A program made the translations under genes and the position numbers. 64,000 nt of DNA from Macrostomum lignano. Lineage: Eukaryota. The stretch is from the NCBI GenBank assembly GCA_002269645.1, contig NIVC01001917.1, positions 1 to 64,000 on the forward strand. Reading direction: 5' to 3'. Shown here in pieces: positions 24,835 to 36,706 of this stretch (positions are counted from its first letter, which is position 1; every line of letters begins with the position of its first letter). The notes beneath the pieces were generated by a model. The model saw only the letters and a list, made by a program, of their open reading frames with translations, ran no database searches and was not told the DNA's origin.

Positions 24835-25689
24835 GGCTTAGCTGACACAGTCTCTTTCTCCATCCAACTCGCACACACACACACACACGCAATATGATGC
24901 GGGTTAAGTGTCACGTGTCATTTTCTAAAATCGGCCTTCAAGAAAACCTATTTTCGTATTTTAGTATTTTCCATGCTATGCTACTATTAGTGGCTTATTA
25001 ATTTGCGTTTGCGTTTTAGAATTGCTAAAAATGAGATAACGAATTGTAACTTAGACTCAGGTTAACGTTCATTCTATTGTTTTGTACTGCCTTATTAATT
25101 AGCGAATAGTCAATATGGTACAATGGGAAGGCTAACAAGTGAGTTTAATAGGCATTGTGTTATTTTGCACAGGTGCGGCATTGTCACAAGCAGATATATT
25201 TTTATTGCCTGTCTCTGTAAGGGATATTGCATTCACTGAAGTTGTACAATGTACATAGTTACTCTTTGTGCAGACTTTGTATATAATTAGATGTTGCTAA
25301 TGTAGTTTAGCATCCCTACTACTGAACAGTAGTGCATTTCGTATTAATTAAGGTATAGAAACTGTAGTTTGCTTTTATTCAAATCTGCGGCTAAACTTTG
25401 CGCTCTGTTTGTAATTTGGCAGTATTATCAATTGCTTGCTTGCTCTATTCTGTTGCAAATAATATTTCATGCAGTCATTTTATATGGAGATAATTTATCT
25501 AGATTTATAGAGCATTGTTGTTCATATAAGTATAATGTGCTGTGTACTGTCGTCGCCGAGTCTAAACTTGCTGTACTGGCTTTCCTGATTTGATTTCATT
25601 TGGTTTCATCCTGATGTCCAGTTGTATACTATTAGGGCCTGGAATCCTATCTCACAACTCCATCTCAGGCCCACCCGTCAGCATCCCAC

Positions 25690-26081
25690 ATCCTCAGTTG
25701 CTGGGCCAGCCTCCCAGATCCTCAGTTGCTGGGCCAGCCTCCCAGATCCTCAGTTGCTGGGCCAGCCTCCCAGATCCTCAGCTGCTGGGCCAGCCTCCCA
25801 GATCCTCAGTTGCTGGGCCAGCCTCCCAGATCCTCAGTTGCTGGGCCAGCCTCCCAGATCCTCAGTTGCTGGGCCAGCCTCCCAGATCCTCAGTTGCTGA
25901 GCCAGCCTCCCAGATCTTCAGTTGCTGGGCCAGCCTCCCAGATCTTCAGTTGCTGGGCCAGCCTCCCAGATCCTCAGTTGCTGGGCACCAGCCTTCCAGA
26001 TCCTCAGTTGCTGGGCCAGCCTCCCAGATCTTCAGTTGCTGGGCCAGCCTCCCAGATCCTCAGTTGCTGGGCCAGCCTCCC
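25690..26081. repeat. 28-bp minisatellite (CTCAGTTGCTGGGCCAGCCTCCCAGATC), about 14 copies
   Basis: Direct tandem periodicity; ORF translations cycle through all three frames. Confidence 0.93.
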
Positions 26082-26475
26082 AGGGTCACCAGCATCCCAA
26101 ATCATCGGGTTAAACTGTCACCATTATATGCAGATAGATTATTACGAGCACATGTAGTTTAGTAGCAATCGCTTCGAAAAAATTGTTTAATAACTGAAAA
26201 TATTAATTCATTATAAAAGACTACTGTGGCCAATAAGAAAAAATAGTATTACTTGTACTTTTTAGTTTAGGTTTCTGAGAAGATCACTGCTCGTTTTTTC
26301 GGTCGTTTTTTATATTATCGTTTTTTGTAAATATTAAATCGGTCGTTTTTTATGAGTACCCACCGCCCATCAGTCCATGGCTGGATTGATCTGGTCTTCT
26401 GGTTCAGCTCATTCATTGTTAGCAAAATAAATACTCAAACCTGTTGATCACTTGTAACTCGCTTGATAGGCCAAT

Positions 26476-29051
26476 ATGAGTGCTCACCGGTTATCAAACG
26501 TGGCTTCTGCTGGTCAAGTGTCTGATTCCACTCCAAAAATTGTCCCAAAAGCAAGTGCATCTGTTTCCTTTTTGGATCTATCTTCCGCGCCCGCCCCCGA
26601 CGCATCTTCTGCCCCTGTCTCTGCCCCATCTTCCGTCCCTGTCTCCGCCTCATCTTCCGCCCCTGTCTCTGCCTCATCTTCCGCCCCTGTCTCCGCCTCA
26701 TCTTCCGCCCCTGTCTCCGCCTCATCTTCCGCCCCTGTCTCTGCCTCATCTTCCGCCCCTGTCTCCGCCTCATCTTCCGCCCCTGTCTCCGCCTCATCTT
26801 CCGCCCCTGTCTCCGCCTCATCTGCTCCCGTCTCTGCCTCATCTTCCGCCACTGTCTCCGCCCCATCTTCTGTCCCTGTCTCCGCCCCATCTTCCGCCCC
26901 TGTCTCTGCCCCATCTTCCGCCCCAGTTTCCGCCCTATCTTCCGCGGCCGATTGCCAGCAGCAGCCGCGCCAGCACGAGCCGATGTCGCTAGAAACGGCG
27001 GCGCGCCTGTCTATCCCGGAATTGTCTCTCCGGCTGCCGGACAGCTGGGATCCGGACGTCCCGTTCCCGGAGTTCACTCGGCCGCGCCGGGTTGGCCGCC
27101 TGTCCGTTCCTGGCGCGGGACTGGCGCACGCCAGACTCGATGCCAGCCAGCTGAAGCGGCTCCGGCTGCCGCGCGATTGGTCCGGGCTGAACCTCTCCGA
27201 TTGGCTGCCCGGCGGCCCGGCCGACTGGGAGTCCGCCTTGCAGCCGCCATGGCAGCGCGATATCGACGATCTGTTAGCCTGGCTGCGGCTGGCCCGGCCG
27301 AATCTGGCCGGCCGCATCGTCTGCTGCCGCGGCCTGCTCACCCGCCTGACCTGCCAGCAGTTGGAGCGCCAGCAGGACCTGTGCGTGGCGGCTATCCGAG
27401 TCCACGGCGACGGCCTGCTGCTGTGCCAGTTCACCGGCGCCGAGGCACAACGATTGGAGGCTCAAAGGAATCGGCGTGACCGCCTCATGGCAGCCTGGGG
27501 TCCCGCGTTCGAGGCGCTGGCCACTGGCGAAAGCGGAGGCGGACGCGACGGAGACGGCGGTCGCTACTGCGAAATAGTTGAAGCCAGGCTGGGGAATCTT
27601 CGACTGATGTGCCTCGGCGAGGTGGACTGCTGCGACGGCGATGAGTTGGTTAGTGCCAGCGTAGTTCATTTTCTTTACAGTCTGCTTGTTTTCAGTAGCC
27701 TATTGTGGATTATTTTTTTCTATGAGTACGTTATGCAATTAAATTAGCCATAAAATCGCCATATAAGCAGTCATACGAATCGCCCTATAAGCAGTCATAT
27801 GAGCAGTCAAGAATTGCCATATGAGCAGTCATATCAATCGCCCTATGAAAAGTCATATGAGCAGTCAAGAATCGCCCTATGAGCAGTCATAAGAATCGCC
27901 CTATGAGCAGTCATAAGAATCGGCTTATGAGCAGTTATCAATCGCCATATGAACAGTCATATCAATCACCCTATGAGCTGTCATGAGAATCGCCCCTATG
28001 AGCAGTCATAACAATCGCCTTATGAGCAGTCATGAGAATCGCCATATGAACAGTCATATCAATCGCCCTATGAGCTGTCATGAGAATCGCCCTATGAGCA
28101 GTTATCAATCGCCATATGAACAGTCATATCAATCGCCCTATGAGCTGTCATGAGAATCGCCCTATGAGCAGTTATCAATCGCCATATGAGCAGTCATAAA
28201 AATCGCCAAATGAGCAGTCATAACAATCGCCCTATGAAAAGTCATATGAGCAGTCAAGAATCGCCCCTATGAGCAGTCATAACAATCGCCTTATGAGCAG
28301 TCATGAGAATCGCCATATGAACAGTCATATCAATCGCCCTATGAGCTGTCATAAGAATCGCCCTATGAGCAGTCATAGGAATCGCCCTATGAGCAGTCAT
28401 AGGAATCGCCTTATAAGCACTCAAAAAATGGCCCTATGAGCAGTCATAAAAATAAGAATCGCCCTATGAGCAGTCATAACAATCGCCATATGAACAGTCA
28501 TAAGAATCGCCCTATGAGCAGTCATAACAATCGCCCTATGAGCAGTCATAACAATCGCCCTATGAGCAGTCATAACAATCGCCGTTTGCCCCCGCCCCTC
28601 ATGCCCTCAGCTAGAGCTGAAGCTGACCAGCCAGCACGGTGCCTGGCGCCGCCGCCTGCCACGCTGGTGGGCCCAGAGCTTCCTACTCGGCGTGCCCAGC
28701 ATCTTCGCCGGTTTCCGCGACGCCGCCGGCCGACTCCGCGACGTTGCCCGCCTGCCAGTGGACCGCCTGTTGGCCATGTCGCGCGGCCACCTCCGGCCAG
28801 ACGAGTGGAGCGCCGGGGCCGGCCTCGACTGGGCGCACCGGTTCCTCAGCCACGCTGTCCGCGTCTGCGCCACGGCCGACGAGGCCGGCGCCGTGTTTGT
28901 GCTGTACTGGAAACCCGGCCAGGACCGGGTGCTGGTGTCCCGGCATGGGCCCGCGTCCCCCTTCTACTTCCTGCCGCACTGGCTGCTCAGAGACCTCAGC
29001 CAGCATCAGCTGGCGGAAGAAGAGAGGAAGCGTCAAGGGAAAAAACAATGA
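26476..29051 (+). CDS. DXO: Decapping exoribonuclease DXO/Dom3Z/Rai1 family (exons 26476-27648 and 28611-29051; alternative start ATG 26983)
   Basis: Motifs PFPEFTRP..VG..S, IVCCRGLLT, WG.AFE, ARLGNL.LMCLGEVDC, then after a phase-0 intron (ttg|gttagt ... ccctcag|cta) LELK and WWAQSFLLGVPSIFAGFRD. The catalytic E, EVD and ELK residues of the PD-(D/E)XK-type site are intact. Confidence 0.9.
26580..26942 (+). repeat. 24-nt repeat (TCTTCCGCCCCTGTCTCCGCCTCA) in frame upstream of the DXO domain, encoding (SSAPVSAS)n
   Basis: About 14-15 tandem units visible in both the DNA and the 26476 ORF. Confidence 0.9.
27755..28583. repeat. About 24-bp degenerate minisatellite (ATCGCCCTATGAGCAGTCATAAGA) filling the DXO intron
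   Basis: Repeated AATCGCC(C)TATGAGCAGTCAT motif lying between donor 27649 and acceptor 28610. Confidence 0.9.
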
Positions 29052-29179
29052 GCGCGTTTTAGCTTGGGGTGCATGCTTTGGGATATTTTTGTCAGTTAGT
29101 TAATGCTGGTTGTAAAATCTTCGTCTCTTAAGATCCCTTCTGGATTCTGAATTCTGCTTCCTTGTTAAAATGCCCCCAG

Positions 29180-32100
29180 AAGCCTATTCTTAATCCCGTT
29201 TTCTTGGATCCCATTTTTCCCAAATTAGTCCCATTCTTAATCCTTTCTCTTGGATCCCATTTCTCCCAAATTAGTCCCATTCTTAATCCTTTCTCTTGGA
29301 TCCCATTTCTCCCAAATTAGTCCCATTCTTAATCCTTTCTCTTGGATCCCATTTCTCCCAAATTAGTCCCATTCTTAATCCTTTTCTTGGATCCCATTTC
29401 TCCCAAATTAGTCCCATTCTTAATCCTTTCTCTTGGATCCCATTTCTCCCGAATTAGTCCCATTCTTAATCCTTTCTCTTGGATCCCATTTCTCCCAAAT
29501 TAGTCCCATTCTTAATCCTTTCTCTTGGATCCCATTTCTCCCAAATTGTCCCATTCTTAATCCTTTCTCTTGGATCCCATTTCTCCCAAATTAGTCCCAT
29601 TCTTAATCCTTTCTCTTGGATCCCATTTCTCCCAAATTAGTCCCATTCTTAATCCTTTCTCTTGGATCCCATTTCTCCCAATTAGTCCCATTCTTAATCC
29701 TTTCTCTTGGATCCCATTTCTCCCAATTAGTCCCATTCTTAATCCTTTCTCTTGGATCCCATTTCTTCTAAATTAGTCCCATTCTTAATCCTTTTTCTTG
29801 GATCCCATTTCTCCCAAATTAGTCCCATTCTTAATCCTTTTCTTGGATCCCATTTCTCCCAATTAGTCCCATTCTTAATCCTTTCTCTTGGATCCCATTT
29901 CTCCCAATTAGTCCCATTCTTAATCCTTTTTTGGATCCCATTTCTCCCAAATTAGTCCCATTCTTAATCCTTTCTCTTGGATCCCATTTCTCCCAAATTA
30001 GTCCCATTCTTAATCCTTTCTCTTGGATCCCATTTCTCCCAAATTAGTCCCATTCTTAATCCTTTCTCTTGGATCCCATTTCTCCCAAATTAGTCCCATT
30101 CTTAATCCTTTCTCTTGGATCCCATTTCTCCCCAATTAGTCCCATTCTTAATCCTTTCTCTTGGATCCCATTTCTCCCAAATTAGTCCCATTCTTAATCC
30201 TTTTTCTTGGATCCCATTTCTCCCAAATTAGTCCATTCTTAATCCTTTTCTTGGATCCCGTTTCTCCCAAATTAGTCCCATTCTTAATCCTTTCTCTTGG
30301 ATCCCATTTCTCCCAAATTAGTCCCATTCTTAATCCTTTTTCTTGGATCCCGTTTCTCCCAAATTAGTCCCATTCTTAATCCTTTCTCTTGGATCCCATT
30401 TCTCCCAAATTAGTCCCATTCTTAATCCTTTCTCTTGGATCCCATTTCTCCCAAATTAGTCCCATTCTTAATCCTTTCTCTTGGATCCCATTTCTTCTAA
30501 ATTAGTCCCATTCTTAATCCTTTTTCTTGGATCCCATTTCTCCCAAATTAGTCCCATTCTTAATCCTTTTTCTTGGATCCCATTTCTCCCCAATTAGTCC
30601 CATTCTTAATCCTTTCTCTTGGATCCCATTTCTCCCCAATTAGTCCCATTCTTAATCCTTTTTCTCGGATCCCATTTCTCCCAAATTAGTCCCATTCTTA
30701 ATCCTTTCTCTTGGATCCCATTTCTCCCAAATTAGTCCCATTCTTAATCCTTTCTCTTGGATCCCATTTCTCCCAAATTAGTCCCATTCTTAATCCTTTC
30801 TCTTGGATCCCATTTCTCCCAAATTAGTCCTATTCTTAATCCTTTTTCTTGGATCCCATTTCTCCCAAATTAGTCCTATTCTTAATCCTTTCTCTTGGAT
30901 CCCGTTTCTCCCAAATTAGTCCCATTCTTAATCCTTTCTCTTGGATCCCATTTCTCCCAAATTAGTCCCATTCTTAATCCTTTCTCTTGGATCCCATTTC
31001 TCCCAAATTAGTCCCATTCTTAATCCTTTTCTTGGATCCCGTTTCTCCCAAATTAGTCCCATTCTTAATCCTTTCTCTTGGATCCCATTTCTCCCGAATT
31101 AGTCCCATTCTTAATCCTTTCTCTTGGATTCATTTCTCCCCAATTAGTCCCATTCTTAATCCTTTTTCTTGGATCCCGTTTCTCCCAAATTAGTCCCATT
31201 CTTAATCCTTTCTCTTGGATCCCATTTCTCCCAATTAGTCCCATTCTTAATCCTTTCTCTTGGATCATTTCTCCCAATTAGTCCCATTCTAATCCTTTCT
31301 CTTGGATCCCATTTCTCCCAAATTAGTCCCATTCTTAATCCTTTTCTTGGATCCCATTTCTCCCAATTAGTCCCATTCTTAATCCTTTCTCTTGGATCCC
31401 ATTTCTCCCAAATTAGTCCCATTCTTAATCCTTTTCTTGGATCCCATTTCTCCCAATTAGTCCCATTCTTAATCCTTTTCTTGGATCCCATTTCTCCCCA
31501 ATTAGTCCCATTCTTAATCCTTTCTCTTGGATCCCATTTCTCCCAATTAGTCCCATTCTTAATCCTTTCTCTTGGATCCCATTTCTCCCAAATTAGTCCC
31601 ATTCTTAATCCTTTCTCTTGGATCCCATTTCTCCCAAATTAGTCCCATTCTTAATCCTTTTTCTTGGATCCCGTTTCTCCCAAATTAGTCCCATTCTTAA
31701 TCCTTTCTCTTGGATCCCATTTCTTCCAAATTAGTCCCATTCTTAATCCTTTCTCTTGGATCCCATTTCTCCCCAATTAGTCCCATTCTTAATCCTTTTT
31801 CTTGGATCCCATTTCTCCCAAATTAGTCCCATTCTTAATCCTTTCTCTTGGATCCCATTTCTCCCAAATTAGTCCCATTCTTAATCCTTTCTCTTGGATC
31901 CCATTTCTCCCAAATTAGTCCCATTCTTATCCTTTTTCTTGGATCCCGTTTCTCCCAAATTAGTCCCATTCTTAATCCTTTCTCTTGGATCCCATTTCTT
32001 CCAAATTAGTCCCATTCTTAATCCTTTCTCTTGGATCCCATTTCTCCCCAATTAGTCCCATTCTTATCCTTTCTCTTGGATCCCATTTCTCCCAAATTAG

Positions 32101-33920
32101 TCCCATTCTTAATCCTTTCTCTTGGATCCCATTTCTTCCAAATTAGTCCCATTCTTAATCCTTTCTCTTGGATCCCATTTCTCCCAATTAGTCCCATTCT
32201 TAATCCTTTCTCTTGGATCCCATTTCTCCCAAATTAGTCCCATTCTTAATCCTTTCTCTTGGATCCCATTTCTCCCAAATTAGTCCCATTCTTAATCCTT
32301 TTCTTGGATCCCATTTCTCCCAAATTAGTCCCATTCTTATCCTTTCTCTTGGATCCCATTTCTCCCAAATTAGTCCCATTCTTAATCCTTTCTCTTGGAT
32401 CCCATTTCTCCCAAATTAGTCCCATTCTTAATCCTTTCTCTTGGATCCCATTTCTCCCAAATTAGTCCCATTCTTAATCCTTTTCTTGGATCCCATTTCT
32501 CCCAAATTAGTCCCATTCTTAATCCTTTCTCTTGGATCCCATTTCTCCAAATTAGTCCCATTCTTAATCCTTTCTCTTGGATCCCATTTCTCCCCAATTA
32601 GTCCCATTCTTAATCCTTTCTCTTGGATCCCATTTCTCCCAAATTAGTCCCATTCTTAATCCTTTCTCTTGGATCCCATTTCTCCCAAATTAGTCCCATT
32701 CTTAATCCTTTTTCTTGGATCCCATTTCTCCCAAATTAGTCCCATTCTTAATCCTTTCTCTTGGATCCCATTTCTCCCAAATTAGTCCCATTCTTAATCC
32801 TTTCTCTTGGATCCCATTTCTCCCAAATTAGTCCCATTCTTAATCCTTTTCTTGGATCCCATTTCTCCCAAATTAGTCCCATTCTTAATCCTTTCTCTTG
32901 GATCCCATTTCTTCCAAATTAGTCCCATTCTTAATCCTTTCTCTTGGATCCCATTTCTCCCCAATTAGTCCCATTCTTAATCCTTTTTCTTGGATCCCAT
33001 TTCTCCCAAATTAGTCCCATTCTTAATCCTTTCTCTTGGATCCCATTTCTTCCAAATTAGTCCCATTCTTAATCCTTTCTCTTGGATCCCATTTCTCCCG
33101 AATTAGTCCCATTCTTAATCCTTTCTCTTGGATCCCATTTCTCCCAAATTAGTCCCATTCTTAATCCTTTCTCTTGGATCCCATTTCTCCCAAATTAGTC
33201 CCATTCTTAATCCTTTTCTTGGATCCCATTTCTCCCAATTAGTCCCATTCTTAATCCTTTTTCTTGGATCCCATTTCTCCCAATTAGTCCCATTCTTAAT
33301 CCTTTCTCTTGGATCCCATTTCTCCAAATTAGTCCCATTCTTAATCCTTTCTCTTGGATCCCATTTCTCCCAAATTAGTCCCATTCTTAATCCTTTCTCT
33401 TGGATCCCATTTCTCCCAAATTAGTCCCATTCTTAATCCTTTTCTTGGATCCCATTTCTCCCAAATTAGTCCCATTCTTAATCCTTTCTCTTGGATCCCA
33501 TTTCTCCAAATTAGTCCCATTCTTAATCCTTTCTCTTGGATCCCATTTCTCCCAATTAGTCCCATTCTTAATCCTTTTCTTGGATCCCATTTCTCCCAAA
33601 TTAGTCCCATTCTTAATCCTTTCTCTTGGATCCCATTTCTCCAAATTAGTCCCATTCTTAATCCTTTCTCTTGGATCCCATTTCTCCCAAATTAGTCCCA
33701 TTCTTAATCCTTTCTCTTGGATCCCATTTCTCCCAAATTAGTCCCATTCTTAATCCTTTCTCTTGGATCCCATTTCTCCCAAATTAGTCCCATTCTTAAT
33801 CCTTTCTCTTGGATCCCATTTCTCCCAATTAGTCCCATTCTTAATCCTTTCTCTTGGATCCCAAGTTCTCCCAATTAGTCCCATTCTTAATCCTTTCTCT
33901 TGGATCCCAAGTCTCCCATA
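29180..33920. repeat. 46-bp satellite array of about 4.7 kb (GGATCCCATTTCTCCCAAATTAGTCCCATTCTTAATCCTTTCTCTT), about 100 monomers
   Basis: Homogeneous head-to-tail monomers with a BamHI site in nearly every unit and scattered 1-nt indels. Confidence 0.97.
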
Positions 33921-34469
33921 TTAAGTCGAATCTAAATCCAGTTTTCTCTGATCCCTTTTGTCCAAAATCCCATTTGGATCTGGCTTTATTCGAATCCATT
34001 CCGAGTACCATAACTTCTGTATAGTTGATTTCATGTTTGCTAGACTATCTAATTCACAGTCCCGTGTTTATTTAAGTTTCTTCCAGATTACAATGTTTAA
34101 CTTCATTGTGTGTGCCAGATCATTTTTCTCCTGCTCAACATATTGCAATAGCTTGTTATTAATATTTCTATACGCATTGAAACATACCTAAATACTAGTG
34201 CTACAAGCAGCCACATAATGTTCAGCATTGCTCGGCATTCTAGTATGGAATGTATGCTGTCTTCTGGTCTCATTTTTGTTGTTTTTAAAATGTACACATT
34301 CTCAAAGTTTTTGGCTTTTGCTTTAGTCCCGTCTCTCGTCAAAATTGCATAAAATCATTTTCCGTGTTCTTCATCAGTCTCATCTAGCCAAGATCCCATT
34401 CTCTATCTAGTCGCTTTATCTCGGATCCCAAAAGTTATCTTTACACTGATCTTAAATCCTAAACCTCCA

Positions 34470-34670
34470 GTCCCATTTCCACGGATCCGAAACCTCTAGT
34501 CCCAAATCCACAGATCCCAAACCTCTAGTCCCAAATCCACAGATCCCAAACCTCTAGTCCCAAATCCACAGATCAGAAAACTTCTAGTCCAAATCCACAG
34601 ATCCGAAATCTCTAGTCCCAAATCCACAGATCCCAAACCTCTAGTCCCATTTCACCAGGACGCTAACTCT
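34470..34670. repeat. 29-bp repeat (CCCAAATCCACAGATCCCAAACCTCTAGT), about 5-6 copies
   Basis: Period 29 (34501, 34530, 34559); shares GATCCC and TAGTCCC motifs with the 46-bp satellite. Confidence 0.8.
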
Positions 34671-34813
34671 AGTCCAATTCCCGGACACCCATTATTCCCA
34701 ATTCAACAGTCCAAAGTTACAAATCCCAAAATCGGGAGTCTCTAACTGCATTTTTCTCCATCCCAAATTCGGATGTATTTGATCTTGCAATCCACCCTGT
34801 CGCAATTGTTTGC

Positions 34814-35647
34814 ATGCTCATGCGGTCCGCAGTTCGCCGCCTCTGCTCGCAGGCCGCCGCTGCCGCAGCCGCGTCGTCTAGCGCATCGACATCGGCGACA
34901 TCCGCGGCGGAGGCGCAGAAATTCGCCAGCCTAGCCGACAGCTGGTGGGACCGGGCCGGCCCGCTGCAGGCGCTGCACTCGCTGAACCGGCTCCGGGTTC
35001 CTCTGGTGCGCACCGCGGCCAGCTTCGCCCGCGGCCCGGCCGGCCTCGCCGACGCCGAACTGGTTGACCTCGGCTGCGGCGGCGGCCTTCTAGCGGAGCC
35101 GCTGGCCCGCCTCGGCGTCCGGGTGCTCGGCGTCGACCCGGTCGCCGAGTCCGTCGAGGCAGCGTCCAGTCGGCGACAACAGTCGGCCGCTGCCGAGTCT
35201 GGAATCGCTGATGGCCGGCTGACCTTCCGGTGCCAGACGGTGTCCGAGCTGGCTGCCGACCGGCCGGCCGAATTCGACTTGGCCGTGGCTAGCGAAGTCC
35301 TCGAGCACGTCGACAACTGGCCGGAATTTCTCCGGTCGGCGGCCGACCTGCTTCGGCCGGGCGGCTGTCTGGTTGTCACCACCATCAACCGGACGGCCGC
35401 CTCCTACTGGCTCGGCGTGATGGCTGCTGAGCGGCTGCTCCGCCTGGTGCCGCCCGGGACTCACGACTGGCGGCTGTTCATCCCGCCTGATCAGCTGCGA
35501 AGGCGCCTGGCCGACTGCGGCCTGGAGACCCGCCTGACTGTCGGCATGCGGCTGAACCCGCTGACTGGCCGCTGGGCCTGGAGTAGGGACTTGTCGCTGA
35601 GCTATGGGCTGGTGGCGCAGAAACTGCCAGCTGCTGGCACTCATTGA
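34814..35647 (+). CDS. COQ3: Ubiquinone biosynthesis O-methyltransferase (COQ3/UbiG), single exon, 277 aa
   Basis: N-terminus resembling a mitochondrial presequence; motifs KFASLA..WWD..GPLQALHSLNRLRVP, LVDLGCGGGLLAEPLARLG..V.GVD, FD..VASEVLEHV, LRPGG.LVVTTINRT and PPGTHDW..FIPP. Confidence 0.96.
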   Translation: MLMRSAVRRLCSQAAAAAAASSSASTSATSAAEAQKFASLADSWWDRAGPLQALHSLNRLRVPLVRTAASFARGPAGLADAELVDLGCGGGLLAEPLARLGVRVLGVDPVAESVEAASSRRQQSAAAESGIADGRLTFRCQTVSELAADRPAEFDLAVASEVLEHVDNWPEFLRSAADLLRPGGCLVVTTINRTAASYWLGVMAAERLLRLVPPGTHDWRLFIPPDQLRRRLADCGLETRLTVGMRLNPLTGRWAWSRDLSLSYGLVAQKLPAAGTH

Positions 35648-35650
35648 TGC

Positions 35651-36172
35651 TGTAGGTTTACCTGCCGGTGTGTGTAGGTTTACCTGCCGGTGTGTGTAGG
35701 TTTACCTGCCGGTGTGTGTAGGTTTACCTGCCGGTGTGTGTAGGTTTACCTGCCGGTGTGTGTAGGTTTACCTGCCGGTGTGTGTAGGTTTACCTGCCGG
35801 TGTGTGTAGATTTACCTGCCGGTGTGTGTAGGTTTATCTGCCGGTGTGTGTAGGTTTACCTGCCGGTGTGTGTAGGTTTACCTGCCGGTGTGTGTAGGTT
35901 TACCTGCCGGTGTGTGTAGGTTTACCTGCCGGTGTGTGTAGATTTACCTGCCGGTGTGTGTAGGTTTATCTGCCGGTGTGTGTAGGTTTACCTGCCGGTG
36001 TGTGTAGGTTTATCTGCCGGTGTGTGTAGGTTTACCTGCCGGTGTGTGTAGGTTTACCTGCCGGTGTGTGTAGGTTTATCTGCCGGTGTGTGTAGGTTTA
36101 CCTGCCGTTGTGTGTAGGTTTACCTGCCGGTGTGTGTAGGTTTATCTGCCGGTGTGTGTAGGTTTACCTGCT
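35651..36172. repeat. 22-bp minisatellite (TAGGTTTACCTGCCGGTGTGTG), about 24 copies, starting 4 nt after the COQ3 stop
   Basis: Period 22 (35653, 35675, 35697). Confidence 0.95.
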
Positions 36173-36706
36173 GTTACGGTATAACGGTTCACCTGTTCAA
36201 TGTGTTTTTAAAATTGTATTTTTAACTTTGTGTTTATAAATGTAAATGTATGAAAATTAAATCTGACTGACCGAATGTGCTGTTAGCGTTAAATTTATGA
36301 TTATATATTTCTACGCTTGTATTCAATACACTAATTGCAAGACTTGAGTTTCATGTTACTCGATTAGTCAAATTTAGTAACCGTGTAAACTGTCTCATAA
36401 TTTCATAAAAAATTACACTATGTCAGTAGTATATTGGTTCTCAGTAGTATATTTATTAATAGTTTAATCGTCTACCATTCAGAAAAGTATCTTGCGCTTA
36501 TTTGGCAACTCTGATTGTAGCGGTGAACATTAACGCTTCGCATTTTGATGCGCAGCACTGACGGAGTCCAGACAGAATGACAAATGTGTTAACTGTTGGT
36601 TGGTGTCTGCCCAAACTGAGCTTAGCTGCGCAAATATCATTAGCCAAATATGCTGTGCTGTGTCTAACTGCTAGGGTGGCCCTGCGCCTGAGTGGCACAC
36701 AGTGCA

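Noticed and set aside
25590-26162. 190-aa repeat ORF
   Set aside because: It is a 28-bp minisatellite open in all three frames.
29180-33920. CRISPR-like array or repeat-protein ORFs (MDPISPKLVPF...)
   Set aside because: Monomers are contiguous with no unique spacers, there are no cas genes, the context is eukaryotic, and the ORFs are satellite read-through.
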